Assembly: GCA_000708835.1 (NCBI GenBank)
Contig: DF237109.1
Coordinates: 1-64,000, forward strand
Direction of reading: 5' to 3'
Length of the DNA: 64,000 bases
DNA from: Klebsormidium nitens
Lineage: Eukaryota > Plantae > Klebsormidiophyceae
Below the pieces are notes generated by a model that was given only the letters and a program-made list of their open reading frames with translations, was not told the origin of the DNA and made no database searches. How positions within the stretch are numbered: the first letter of the stretch is position 1; the number at the start of each line of letters is the position of its first letter. Both the position numbers and the translations under genes were made by a program. Of this stretch, positions 63,578 through 64,000 are shown one piece after another.

Positions 63578-64000
63578 ACGTACATGCTCATGCACTGAAT
63601 AACTAATCAGCTTGCAAGATCAGATTCATCATGCCGTACGGTACCGGTGACTGAAGTATTTCGACGCTGTTTCATACTTGCCGCCACGCACGGTGGGTTT
63701 CGAAAGATCATCTGTCCTTTCAGGATGCATATAACCCGTCCATATGTAAACGTACATATGTATTGTACGCCGTTTATGGGGATCGTTGTTCACCGTGATC
63801 ATCTATGAATATCACACTAAATAAATTCATAATGTGATCAACGAGGCACTGCATTCTCCGGTCAGTGCCGCCGCACTTTTGAAGACGTATTTCCCATCAG
63901 CTTCAGATCGACTCAAAGTTTGAACGCAGAATTTTCATCACCTCCACGATTGCCTTCAAATTTTGCAACTCAGCAATCGAGGCCGCGCAATGGCCACTTG

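Overview
This is a eukaryotic, intron-rich nuclear window from a streptophyte green alga. Klebsormidium is the likely source, inferred from the nuclear, transit-peptide-bearing plastid rpl14 and the gene architecture. Eight intact genes could be reconstructed; the seven spliced models all close in frame. They are a phospholipid:sterol acyltransferase (PSAT1/LCAT-like, +), chloroplast EF-G (+), cytosolic RPS15 (-), nuclear-encoded plastid L14 (+), a HESO1-like terminal uridylyltransferase (-), CDC123/D123 (+), a very long THADA/Trm732 (-) and an intronless type-II membrane sulfotransferase-like gene (+). Six of these form three head-to-head pairs. Accessory blocks hold a diverged pair of orphan beta-rich paralogs (11.5 and 14.3 kb), a 111-aa intronless orphan (42.9 kb), and probable DNA-transposon relics, one bounded by long diverged terminal inverted repeats (60.0-63.6 kb). 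The most striking unexplained structure is repeated local tandem duplication of exon/intron junctions in PSAT1 and EF-G. It leaves stacks of decoy 3' splice sites with exon-start copies inside introns. There is also a 5' CpG-poor, gene-body CpG-rich gradient. No rRNA, tRNA or CRISPR array was recognised. All exon models were read by hand; none is backed by transcript data.
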